The notes beneath the pieces are model-generated. The model was not told the DNA's origin and did not search any database. It saw only the letters and a list, made by a program, of their open reading frames with translations. Shown here one piece after another: positions 27,324 to 40,200 of a DNA stretch of 64,000 nt (positions are counted from its first letter, which is position 1; each line of letters opens with the position of its first letter). The position numbers were made by a program, and so were the translations under genes. Source of the DNA: Lingula anatina (lineage: Eukaryota; Animalia; Brachiopoda); NCBI GenBank assembly GCA_051362555.1, contig CM120640.1:28234503-28298502 (forward strand). The letters run 5' to 3'.

Positions 27324-27509
27324 GAATATTACACATTTAGCATTTGAGTAAAATTTAGCATGGTGGGGTGAGTGCAGTGTAGCAACAGGCTGATGCTGTG
27401 TACCTTGGCATGGTCCACATCCTTGAATATCTCCCAGTTTACATGGGCAGCTCTCTTACCATACTGGTCATCCCAGGTGTTTTGTAACATGTCATGTAAT
27501 GTCTAAAAC

Positions 27510-27540
<31 letters not shown>

Positions 27541-30500
27541 TTTCAAAATAATGGAAAAAAAAAAACAAAACCCCATTTCATCTTGCAACTACGAGACAAA
27601 TGTGCAAATAAGATGCTTCCAAACCAAGTTTTATTGACAGAAATTCAAAATCAGGCTTTGATAAAAGTAAAATTTATATGTGTAAAAAATTGATAATTAT
27701 ACTTTAGTCGCTGGGTAGATTATACCACACACTAGTGACCACAATCAAAACAAATGTTATAAAAGTCTAACATTACCTCCAAAGTGGCACCTCTTATTCT
27801 ACGAAGTTTGCCATCTATTGCTTCCTTTCTGTTGTGATAGAAACTGTCTGTATTAAGGTCCAGAGGAAAAGACTGATATGGACAATGAAAGACATCCGTG
27901 ACATTCATGAATATTTCCTCCCAAAGAAACAACCCTAGTAGTGTCAGCATTGTAGACATTTCACCATGGATTCCTGTTTGAAAAATGACAATGACAGCAA
28001 TTTGATAGGTGTGCAGCTCATATCACATCTTTAAAATACTGATGTTAAAGGGATAATAACTGTTTGTTTTGGCCAAAAAATTAATTTTCCTGGAGTAAAC
28101 AAGTTTTTCCATACTTACCAATGGTTAATGAATCCATTTCTACATTCAAAGTTAGTCATCGTTTTTTTTGTAATAATCTCTTAAGAGAGAATAGCCATCT
28201 ATGGAGGTCACGTGGTCTGATGACAAGCTCAGATACATGTATCAGAATAATAGCTATAACTGCTGTTTTTATGGTAAAACAGAATATATTATATTTCTGT
28301 GAGTTGTGTACAATGTTTTTATTGTGAAATATAGATCCCATACACAGTTATTATCCCTTTAATATGAAAATGGATCATTATTATCACTTCCAAACTTGGA
28401 GACCTTTCAATAGAATTTTTCTTGTGCAATGAAAATGTATTTTTGTAAATTTTGACAGAGAGACTCTCATTACAGATAATCTTAAAAGATGAAAGCTTAT
28501 CATCATTTTGTGTCTGATTTACCTTCTTCATAGCCCTTAGAAGAATAGTGCTGCAGAGCTAGTTGTTCGACTCTGCAAAGCACAACATCCTCGGGGTGAC
28601 CTTCAGCCCCAGATTCTTGACTGATGAAGTAGTTTCCTGTGCCAACTTTGGCATAAGGCATCATAACACCTTCAAAATATACCTAGAGAGCACAATGTAA
28701 GAAATCAATACTCATTTAGGCTATGCTTTTTTTGGTCTATAATTCTTCATAAAAATGTGAAATCTGGTGCATCTTTAAAAAGATGTCAGTAAAAACAAGT
28801 CAACAACAAAAGAAAAAGATGTCCTAATGCAAAATCTTAAACATGAACTCTGATCAAACCATTTAATCCTGTAGTATGGAGTCTGTAAGCATCAACTTCA
28901 CAGAAAATGTGAAGAAAGAAGCCCAAGTCCAAACTTCTAGTAATGGCAACATTATGCAGTCTTATCTTTTTAGTTTTACCTTGGGTGCTTCCTTTACATG
29001 ATCATGCTGGAATTCCTCCAGCCTTCTCTTCATCTGTTTACCACTTGGTGAAGTACATATTCTGTATGCACGTTGGTACAAGGCATACCGATGTCCTGTT
29101 CTCACCAATGGGTCTGCTAGCCCCTTTGCAATTACATCCAAGGACTGAAATTAAAATGCATACACAGTAGTATTATCTTCGTCAAAATCATCAAATCATT
29201 TATCACCCAACCAAAGTTGTACTTTCTAAAATGACATTCAAATATACTATTCTACATTTTATGTTGGTGGAAATTGCATCTTTAAACAGAAAAGAAAAAG
29301 TTCATGCCTTGGAAGTCAGCACCAAATATGGAATACAATAAATAAAAAACTTGTATCTCATTCCTATCCATGGATAACTGGATACTTGTTAGCTGAATAC
29401 TGTGCACCCAACTCACCTTGCCTGGGTTTTTCAGATGCTGTCCCAAATTAAGTGCCAGTCTGTCATACCACCGTCCCCTGTATGCCTGACAGTACTCCTC
29501 CTGCCCCAGCAGAGCCTCCAACAGGTCGACAGCATCAGAGTATAACCTCAGCTTCTGCAAGGCTTCAACACCATAGGAAAGCACCCGTGTATACAAGTAA
29601 CCAGCACTGAAATTTTTCAAGTGACTTGGCAAGGATTGAATATGCCTAAAAAATGCAAAGAAATCACATGGTTCATAAGAGACAGTTTTAGATGGTGACA
29701 ATCATCCCAAGTCAAACACACATCAACAATGAAGTGCAACACGATTAATCTTTTTTTTTTTCTTTTAAAATAATCTATTTAAATAAGTTATGCAATTCTT
29801 ATGCCAACTTTACCGATTGCCTAATTTCGGAACAAAGGGTAATTTACATTAATCAAACACTTTCATGTATAATCTTTATAAAAGACAATTTCTGGTCATC
29901 TTGGAAAAAATTATTTTTTCAATGGTTAGAGTATCTAACAAAATATATTTGGACTTTACTGGATTGGATTAAGACAGGATTAGTTTGACTAATATAAGTA
30001 GGTCTCATTGAAACCAGATAAGACATGAAAACCAAGTGAATTTTATCAAGCAAACTTTATATATATACTATTTGTAGTAGAAGTCGTTTGCTGTACATGC
30101 CTCTATAGAAATCTATCATCATTTTACCTCTTCAGGTCCTCAGATTGTTTGTGAAAAACATCTTTTGCAGAGAGGTAGATATCTCTAGCAGCAGTGTAAT
30201 CTTTCTGTTCCATAGCGTTAAAAATGTCATTTTCATATTGCAAAGCTTCCTCATACCTGTCGATAGCAAGAAAAAACAATAGATTTTGGCAATCAATAAT
30301 GGTTTCCACATTTCTTTTATATAATGGTTCTTAATTGACATTTTAAGAACAGCAATATTCATACTAAAAAACTCAAACACTTCTCTACAGAGATTCAAAA
30401 AAGTGTTTTTTAAAATTATCGTTCAAACTTCTGAAAAGGGTATAAAGAAAAAACCCCAATGATATGACTGTCTTACTGATTATATAGATGACATCTTTTA

Positions 30501-33309
30501 TGCTATATTACCATAATTTATAAAAGTCTGATTAGACACTTGAGTACTGTACCAAAGAAGTTCTGTTCGGGTCTTGAACACAGTTGTTGTCCTATTTACA
30601 GTGTATGATGGATAAACAATCTTCCCTATGTTTGTCATAAGTAACTGAAACCTAAAAAATTAAAAACAAATAAAATAAAAAAAACGTATCTTTATAAATC
30701 AAAGTTATATCAAATATATATTCAATTTCTTATACTTGATAACAAATTACATTTCTTCTCATCAATTTTTGACTTAAAGGTTAATGACTATTGTTCAGAT
30801 GGAAAATGCTAATTTCAAATTTAGCATACCAGGGTTCAAAACAGTCTGATACATTCAGCCATACTAAATTTTCTGGACAAATCTCTACTTATCAAATGTT
30901 CATCACAATTTTTTCTATCTAAACAAATCAATCTCAGCAAAAATGGCAAAAATACCCATAATATCATACTTACAATTGTTGCTGTGCACCTTGGGAATCC
31001 TCATCCTGTACTGTAGCTGAGGTGGTCAGAGAAAACAAAGTCAGGATACGGTTGAAAACTGCTCTCACCTCTGGGGTGACCTTGTAACACTTGCCAAGGA
31101 AGCTTTTAGCCCTGAATCCAAAAAAAAAGGGAATTCAACATGTATTATATTGAAAGCTTTACAATGGATCAAAATGTTGTGAAATAATATTCACACCTTT
31201 GTTTTAAAATAACTGAGATATATTGTACATGCCATTTGAGTTTACAACAATAATTTTGCTCACATTTCAATTTTAGAATGCCAGTATTAGCAATCTAAGG
31301 TGAAGGTCCATTAAATTACATTTTTTTTTACCTTTTTACAACTGTGGCTGCAGTACCTCCCTTGTTCCCTCCAAACATATTCATTATTGTATTCTGCTTG
31401 CCATGTTGGAGAAGCTGCTGCACAATCTGCTGTCTGTGTTGGTTGCTAAAGTTGAGTTTAAATGATTTTGCCAATTCTCTGAGTTCTGGAGCAGGGAGAT
31501 TATGCAGTGTCTCTTCAGCATCAGTAAGATGGGTTTCTTTTTGAGAAGAAAAACAATAAAAAATGATAAAAAAAATGCAATTCCTGATAAAGTATATGTT
31601 GCAGCAGTTTATCATTTAGTACATAACCTGGGGTAGCGCTGACACTCGCCCATTTAGCCAAATGCTAAAACTGACTTAAATTGGCTAAAGAAAAGGGGCT
31701 TGATTTGACATGTTTTAGCCAAATTATAACCATTTTGATAACAAATTGACAAAGATGTGTTGATATGGCTAGGCAAAAAAAAATTGCTAGCGCTACCCCA
31801 GCATAACATCTATTCAGACTTCTTCAACACTATATAAATTCTTACCCAAAGTAATAAAAGCAATTAAAAGTGGATCATTATTTCAGTATAAGATTATTAT
31901 TTAAGTATAAGATTCGTTTTGACATTCTGTCTTTAAATCACTTGCAGGTCTTACCATCTAATATGAATCCAGCATTGACCAATCCTTGCAGAACATTACT
32001 TAGGTCCTTTTCAATTTTAGGATAGACAATTTTGGCTTGGCGGATCCATTTGTGCCTTCTCCCATAAAGGCGTACAAACAATTTTTGCTCCGACTCTGAA
32101 AATGGGTAGAAGAGTGCATTGTACTAAGAAAAGAAAATTATACAGATTTAAAATAACACTTAAACAAATGATATAAGGTTTCTAAAGATTTGCTTCTTCA
32201 ATCTAACTCGGCAGTCTTATAGAGTTTGAATAAAACATACAGAGTTTTGTAACATCAAAGAATAACAAATTTATAATTATTTTCATTTAAGTTTTGTTAA
32301 TAACTTTACCTTCAAGAGTTCTAAATTTTTCTACAATTCCGAATTCCTCTTCAATAAACAGGTGATTGTAAAAACTATCAGAAAGCACTGCTTCAATTAT
32401 AAGTTTAAAGTTTTCCAGGTAATATGGCATGTGGAACTCTTGGTCTTTCTCTTGGTCTTCAGTTTGGTGCGATTCATCTTTATTTAAAACAGACATTTGC
32501 GGACCTGGGTTATCACTGGCATTTGACAATCTGTCCATTTTTCTTCTGTTTTCATCTACAACTGCAGAGCCTTCATCATCACAACTGCTATCCAATCTGG
32601 ATGGCGGGGTTTTCACAGAATCCTGTTGTTTTCCTGTAATATTTTTCTGATCATTTTCAGATCTATTGCCAATACTGTGAATAATGTTTGTCTCTTTTGT
32701 ATCACAAACTCTTGAAGTTGATACTTTGCCTTCACTCTTGGGTGGAGGTTTTTTGCTCAACTCAGTTTCTGAATTTAAGATCACAGAGTGGTTTGAAGAT
32801 GTACCTACAAGCTGTTCATCATTTTGTTCTAGTTTTCTCCTTTTCAAAGAAAGCTTGTCTTTGTTTACTTTCCTGTTTTTGACTTCGGGTTTGAACAAAG
32901 ACGATGCTTTAACATCATGACTGCTAATCTTGTTCTGGTCGTCTAAAGAACTGTCGACTTTCTCAAAGTTGCAATCATGTCCTCTTTTCATTTTAAGCCT
33001 TAAAGATATTCTTTTTGCAGGGCTTTCACACTTTGCCATGGTTTGATTTCTGACCGTTTGGTTACTTACACCTGCTTCTTGTTTGAAATACTTGGAAGGA
33101 GAGACTTTTTTAATGATTTCAATGTCTTCGCTTTGCTGTAATGCTTCTATGTTACGCTTTCTCTGCATTTTGAACATTGCTGGTATAGTAAAACTGTTAT
33201 TACTACTCTTTTCTGTCTCTTTCTTTTGACCCATTTTGGGACCATTTTTCTTCCTGCTGTTAGAACTCAAATGTGCACTAGTATTCTTTGCTACACCATC
33301 CGTCTTCAT
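22098..33309 (-). CDS. FAN1: Fanconi-associated nuclease 1 (SAP, TPR, VRR-NUC), 14 coding exons
   Basis: Exons read manually: 33309-32310, 32095-31955, 31536-31332, 31111-30974, 30651-30553, 30256-30128, 29645-29417, 29144-28980, 28682-28523, 27973-27777, 27502-27404, 26158-26030, 25040-24935, 22171-22098. Motifs: [43 protein letters not shown]..., SGFPDLTVW and [18 protein letters not shown] (PD-(D/E)xK catalytic residues intact), and VCHVSAVGAK. Confidence 0.96.
22690..24625. mobile_element. Composite Helentron/HINE (pearl-like) non-autonomous element cluster with internal tandem repeats, in the last FAN1 intron
   Basis: Two similar ends, each with a (CGA/CGGCAT)n microsatellite followed by a hairpin (23152-23179; perfect TATGTACAGACAC-atct-GTGTCTGTACATA at 24596-24625). 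A ~159-bp core recurs at 24215 and 24374 and at ~22823-22990. A ~400-bp direct repeat spans ~23407-23807 and ~23808-24215. Related sequence lies at 63713-64000. The superfamily is inferred from architecture. Confidence 0.7.
26303..26636. mobile_element. MITE family B (~335 bp) in a FAN1 intron
   Basis: TIRs CAGACATGCTGAAA...TTTCAGCATGTCTG. The flanks gaacac / ggacac resemble a degenerate 6-bp duplication. CpG-richer than the surrounding intron. Confidence 0.75.
31628..31801. mobile_element. MITE family A, copy 2
   Basis: Same TIRs and interior as 17085-17257, flanked by the direct repeat CATAAC on both sides. Confidence 0.85.
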
Positions 33310-33759
33310 CTATGGTGCATTTGCTGACACTATTTCCAATGAAAACAAAAATATTAGAACTAAGTTAACAGAATGACAATAAATACAATAAATAAATATG
33401 CTGCACTGGTAGCTTATTTAGGTTTCATACTAAACAGAATATTACATGGGGCAAGTTTCAAATAAGATACCAGAAGGGGTTTGACAAAGATACCGAGTGT
33501 TTGAAAAATGCAAACCTGTTTCACTTTGTCAAAGTTTGAAAATTTGTCTTTGCTGACATTCAACTACATGCAAACAGCTTGCAAAACAACTTGAATACAG
33601 AAATCTCTCTGTAAGTACTAACTCGAAAAATTTACATAAGTTCAAGTGAGGCAACGTTCAGCAAATACCAAAGAAGATACGTTTTTCAAGATTGCTTGAC
33701 ACCAAAGACAATTATTCAAATTATCAGGTGTATATAAAATCATGAAAGATGAAGATATT

Positions 33760-34460
33760 GAAAGACGGTCACACTGTGCACAGGCTCGGAGGCTGACGAG
33801 ACTGGCTCCGTCACTGACACTCAGGTATCAGAATGATCATGATGTACACAAACATTTACGAGTATTGTTAATACTTATAAAAAACCAACACTTAACAGTA
33901 CAGCTCCACTGATTTTACTGATTTAGGACACGACTTTCAAGAGAGGCCAGAAAGAAGGTACCAGCCTCTTTCACCGAGCCTGCTTCAACTTGCCCGCTGC
34001 TACACAAGTAGAGTTAATTGAGGCCTGAAATACATTTTCGAAAAAGAAAATATGGATTATTTATGGCTATTTTGGTATTAAAATACATATATTTTTTCTT
34101 AAATACAACAAAACAGTGGAATTCCCTTATTTGGATTTTCATTTGTTTAACTTACTTGCCAAGGACAGGTTAAAAAAATTTCCAACGATGCTGTGGCCTT
34201 GACCCGTATACTGGCACTTTCAAGATGGAAGCTTCCCGCTGGAAGTCAACAGAGAAATTTTGAGATCGTTTTTCGACTTTGGTGCAAATTCAGTACGTAT
34301 TGCGTTCATAGTCTTGACAGTTTGCTCTTTAGCTAAAGAAAAGTACCTCTCCGTTATAGCTACTTTGGTAATTGATCAACCATCAAATTCAAACTTGATT
34401 CACATCAAAAGCAATTTCAGTTTCATCGAGTTGATAGTTGACGCTGTACTCAGCGAAAAC
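33760..34460. promoter_or_regulatory. Probable bidirectional promoter region of FAN1 (-) and MPHOSPH9 (+)
   Basis: CpG-retaining patch between divergent genes. Minus-strand donor GTAAGT at 34155-34150 and plus-strand donor-like GTACGT at 34293. Between them lie AAGATGG (34222-34228), E2F-like TTCCCGC (34233-34239) and ETS-like GGAAGT (34241-34246). Confidence 0.55.
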
Positions 34461-35091
34461 TTGACCCAGTTTTAATCTCATTTTGAAGGTTTTTTTTACC
34501 TGTAACCTATCCCAGAGATATGGTTTCATATGGAGGATCCCTAATGTCAATGAAAATCTTACATCTTATCCAGCTTGTAAGGCTGAAAATTGAGTCTATC
34601 CAGCAGATGTTAATTTTAAAACTAAAATAAATTTTCTTCAGATTTGCGTGGTATGATTGTTGGCATCTTGTCACATTTTCAAGGGACTGAGTAGACTCTG
34701 GCAAAGAAAAATTCTAGGCTATGAGCCCTATACATATATATATATATCTCATAGGGGCATCTGGATATTGCTTTTTTTCATACCTCAAATAAAATATGTC
34801 AAATTGATTCATGTACATGTACTAGTTATTACTTTTAAAACCTGAAGTCCAGTGTCATGTGATTAAAGTTCACCATACCAGTCATACATGTAAGAATGAT
34901 CTATCAACTGCCACACGTGTCCTGTGGAACCTTATAATCAGGGTAACCATGCAAGCATGTTTCTGTTTGATATGGTAGACTTTTATCAGAATTGCTGCTA
35001 ATATATATACAGTCCAATAAGCATGCAAGGTTTGAAGATGAAGGAGCTGGTGTAGAATGGACCTGAAACTCGGCATAGGGAGAATCAATAC

Positions 35092-35262
35092 CTGAGGTAG
35101 TGCTAACACTTTCCAGTTTAGCAATTACGGAAACTGACTTAAATTGACTAAACAAAATAAGGTTGATTTGATTTGTTTTAGTCATATTTAAGTCATTTGG
35201 AGAAAAAAGTGTTGAAAAAGTAGTGATTTGGCAAAGCCAAAAAATTGCTAGCACTACCCCAG
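35092..35262. mobile_element. MITE family A, copy 3 (diverged)
   Basis: CTGAGGTAGTGCTA...TAGCACTACCCCAG ends, with an interior similar to copies 1 and 2. Confidence 0.75.
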
Positions 35263-35369
35263 GATACATAAAAAAATAAGTGATTATCAGAAGCAAGCAT
35301 CAGTACAATACTTTTTGTGGCATGTATACATGATTTTTACTATGTGATCTCTCTATTTATGAAGGTAAC

Positions 35370-37256
35370 ATGTCTGCCGAGGAAGGGAAATCCAGTGCAG
35401 CTGTGAAACAGAGGCAAACTTCAGTCTCCTCTTCTGAGGGCTCACTTGGTGCAGGACAGAGAAAGGGAAGTTACGACATTGGTGATGTGCAACTGTTCAG
35501 CCCAGAGCATGGGAACAGCAGCGAGGGTGAACACTCATCGTATCTGTCCCAGGATGAAGATGCCACCCACACAGATGATAGCAGAATACCTGAACTAACA
35601 GACAATAATGAAGAAATGTTTGAAGACGGAGAAAGTAAAAAAGTTGAACAAGCATCCAACAAAAGGTTGTCTACATCCTCAGAATCATCCCAAAGTGGAG
35701 AGTTTTTTACTCAGAGTGTATCAGACACTCTCAGTAACTCTTTCAGCAGAGTAAGGTTAGAAGGTGCCATACAGTTGTCTAATGATGGTGTTGGGCAATC
35801 GTTGCAAAGCAATACAAACCTACAGACTGACCAAGAAAGGGATAAAGGGACAAAACCCGAAGGTAAAATGGGATACACAAAGGAGCAAAAGAAAAATATT
35901 TACAAAAAAGGATCTTCAGCTAACGAATGTGTGCACAAAGAAACGGGCGAACAGGTTTCGTGTGGGAAAAAGCCTCAGCAGCCATCAACCTCAAAAGATG
36001 AAAATGATAGCAAAAGTGCCATAAATGATGAGAATGGTGAAGTACCTGTTAATTTAAAAGCGTACACTGACAGTCACAAAGCTGAAATTGAAGCTGAATG
36101 GCTCAAAAGAAATAAGCTGCAACCACCAAAGCCCCCACCTTCCACGCCTATTGAGCAAAGAACGCCACCACCGGATGATGACTTTTCAAATGCCAGAAAC
36201 AGATTGTCAAATTTTCCACAGTCACCAAGACATAAAGAGGGCGGAGAGCAAGGGCAAGGAATGAGGACATTTCATGTTCCAGGCGATCAGCCCAGGTCAG
36301 ATGGTCTGTACAATATGTACAGTCCAGCTCATTATGAGACTGTGCGAGAATATTATGCCTCCGAGAGAGCAGAAAATGGGGCTGTGGACGATTTGGGACC
36401 AGATTTCTTGAACATGCAGTTCAGTACAGGTATGTATGTGCCATATCCTGTCCAGCCACCTTACACACTGTCACCAAGTCAGTATGGTCAGTATCAAGGT
36501 CAGTTTCTCGTGTCCACTCCTGCCTTGCCAGGACAGGGTCCGTATGTTACACCAGTCAGTATCCCCTCTAGTCCGAGGAGTGATGGCAAAAGACCAGCCA
36601 ATGCTAAACAAGGTAAAAGGTACCAAGAAGAAGATACTGGAGAGAGTGGCCAGGAGCAGAGAACTGGAGGAAATGACACAGAAATGATGGAGAGGAATGG
36701 ACAGTCAGCGCAAAGTGAATCTGAGGGACAGAGTGTATTGTCAGATGTGGAAAGTGGAAATAAAGGCATAGGAGAAGGTTAGTCCTTTAAAATTGATCTC
36801 ATTTATAAATGACTTTTAACATTTACTTTGAAGTGCAAGCAAAACCAAACAGAGTTAAAATGTTGTGTTATTTCTGTAAAACTGCAGTAGCTTTTTTTAT
36901 CAAAAAGCATGACGGTGACTTTTTCTAATTTTTCCAGATATGTCCAACTTGCCATTGGGTAACCCACAGATGTATTCAGCTGGTCAGTATTTCAATCCCC
37001 CACCTCTCCCTCAGACTACCTGGGTAGAAACAATTATTCAGGGGCAGAGTTCCAACCTTCCTTTACCAGAAGTAAGTTTATAGAGAGGTTGGCATAACAT
37101 AACCTTTCCATTGCTTATTAGTATTAGTTGTGTGGTTACTTCTGCTCAAAACATGTATCTAAAAATTCAGTTATACAATTCATGTAGGAAGGACAAGAAT
37201 TTGATTTCATTTGAACAGCTATCAATTGTGAATCGACTTGTGTTTTAAACGACTAG

Positions 37257-37291
<35 letters not shown>

Positions 37292-40200
37292 AAAAGTTGG
37301 TGTAATAAATAAAACTGCCAACCATGTTATCTATCCAGAAAAACTGGATGGAGCTCCTGGAAACATTAGAGAAACAACATCATGAGCAAATGATGGCACA
37401 GTATCAACAGCATCAACAAAGAATACAGCTGTTACAGAAGCAAGTTGAACACCAAATGCTTCAGCAAAGCTTAAACTCCTCAAAGCAGTCACCGGGACAA
37501 CCTGACACATGGCAGAAGCAGGGCAATATTACACCTGTGCTGTCCACTAGTTCAGGTGGACAGGGGTCTGCTGAAAGACTGCCCTCACAGTATCTCACAC
37601 CATCTAAGCCTGGAGCTGACCAAAGGTCAGATGTGGGCAGCCAGTATGAAGTTAGTCCATCCTCCATTTCACAATCAAATTATGCCTATAGGATGTCAGA
37701 TGACAAAAATTTAAAAGTAAGTATTAAGACAGTACACACTCAAGTATATACAAATTTTATTGCATGTTTAAGATTATCCATTTTATTTATTGTTACTACA
37801 TTTGGCTGAAAAGTTTCAAATTAATTTTTTTTCATATTTCTATTATTTAAACCATTAGCCTAGAGCCGGACCTCCTAGATCCAACTCCCCAGCTACCACA
37901 ATGTTATATTTCCCCACTCCCACCAAGAGTGAGCTGGACCAGAGTGAACAGTTGTGGAACAGACTTTCCAAAGAGCACAAGGAGGCAGTGGCGCGCCTAG
38001 AAGGAGAGGCAGGAAAAGAGCAAGTGTCATCTTCTGTGCAGGGAGCTCAAATGGGGCCAAGGTGAAAAATACACAAATTAATGCTTTTGTTGTGAAAAAT
38101 GCAGTTTTCTATAAAGGACATGTTAATGTATTTAAGCTTTGGTACATTTAATCAATTGTATTATTTCCAGTTTGATTAAGACTAAATGAGGTACATTTTC
38201 ATTGGAAAGTGGGAAGAATTTTGAAGGATTCCCTTGGGAAACAGTGACCTTCTATGAATTCAATTTCCATAACTGTAATTGAAAAACATTGAGACATTTA
38301 TGTATTCAAAATATTAATGATTTGCTAATATTCATTGTTTTGTTTCTTTAGTACTGTGAGAGTTAATCTCCAGGAAAAGCACATGCGTCACTTGGCCGAC
38401 CTAAAAGTGTATTATGAAAGAGAAATAGAAGAGTTACAGAGGCAGCTGTCATCTCCGACTGTCCTGGCTTCAAGGTCACCATACAAGTCACTGGTGGAAC
38501 AGAACCAAAGACTACAGAGGCAGTGTGAGCAATATGAGGCCAAGCTGGCAGAGGGAAAAAGGTGAATTAATATTACATAGAGTTTTGTATTCGAAGGTCT
38601 TCATTATGCAAAATGCACATTGTTTCATGTTTGTACCATAGAACCCAGTTTTTGTCTTTATGTTGTCATTCAAAGGTAAAATTGATATGATCTGAAATGG
38701 AATCCAATTTCATAATTGTGGAGAAATTTTAGTTTTTGTACTGGGCACATCAGTTTATGATTTTTTTTTTCAATTTTAACTCTAATTTTTTTTTATTCAG
38801 AGAAATTACTGCACTGGAACAAAAGTTGGAAGCTGTGGAGACCAAATTAGTGAGTAAACTTATCTCCAGAAACAGTGTTTAAGAAGGTTGCATATTATCA
38901 TAAATTTAGTTTTGTAATGGATGAAATCAGCATTCTTCTCTAACAAAGTACATAACACACAGAAGGTAGATAAGAATAAGATACTATTAAGATATAAGAT
39001 ACGAGTGGGTTATATTCAAGTCAGTATTATGAGAACTTTAGAATACTTGGTAATCAAAAACGCACTAGGTACGGTCATACAAAAAGTTGGTAATCCTAAC
39101 TAGGGCCTAGTCACTGTATATGTTGTATGGTTTTAGGCAGTCTTGTTTATTCTTAGCTCGAGTGGAACAGAAGATATGAGAAGGCCCAGGAAAGCACCAC
39201 AACCTTGCAGTTAAAGTATGACCAGTTGACTGTGTATGCCAGGCAGCAAGATGCTTCAGTGCAAGCCCTTACCACTAAGAATACACAGCTGACTGCTGCT
39301 CTAGAGGAGGCATACAGAGTAATAGCAATTCATAAAATAAACATGACAAGTATTTGAGAAGAATTAGTCTAATCTCAGTTGTTGATTGAAGAAATTATCA
39401 AAGTGATAACAGGATTTTTTTTTTGTGTAGAATTTAACATTAATTTCATCTATACTATGTATTAAATTAGAAGAAAAGAATCATTGTTGTTGATATAGTT
39501 TGCTATCTGTTTCAGTTGCAAGATATGAAGAATAAAAATTACAAGAGAGAGCAAGAAATTCTGGAGAAGGTATGAAAAAGCCATGCCCTTCTACAACTGC
39601 TAATAAACATTTATAATTATGTTAATGTGGAATATTTGTATAGAAGACAGTTTTTATTTGTTTAAATTCTTTTCTTTCTGATACATGCTTGAGATCATTT
39701 TAATAATAATAATAATAATAATAATTTATTGTCATATTTATACAAATATAAAATGAAAATTGGTATGATCTGTCGATAAAATGTGATACAGTGGAATTAT
39801 TAAAATACATTTTGTTCATTAAAAATACGTACTGCTGATGGATAAAAACTATTCTTAGTGCGAGTGGAGGTTGCTTTTAATGACCGCAGTCAGCTTGTTG
39901 ACATATGCATAAGTAGGCTATTCGCTGGGTGACCAGGGTCACTCGTGATTGACTTTACTTTCTTGAGCACTCGTCTCGTATACAAACATTCAATAGACGG
40001 CAGGTCCCTACCTACAATGCGCCTGGCAGTTTTTACTACGCGATTGAGGCGATTCTTGTCCTCTACTGTAGCACTACTGTACCAGACGGTGAAAGATTGT
40101 GTTAGCACACTCTCAATCACAGCCCGGTAAAATTTTGCCAGCAGTTCTTGGTTGACATAGAATGACCTCAATCGTCGTAGAAAGTAGAGTCTTTGCTGAG

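Noticed and set aside
33309-35370. Apparent echo of the mouse Fan1-Mphosph10 neighbourhood
   Set aside because: MPHOSPH9 and MPHOSPH10 share only a name and are unrelated proteins, so this is not conserved synteny.
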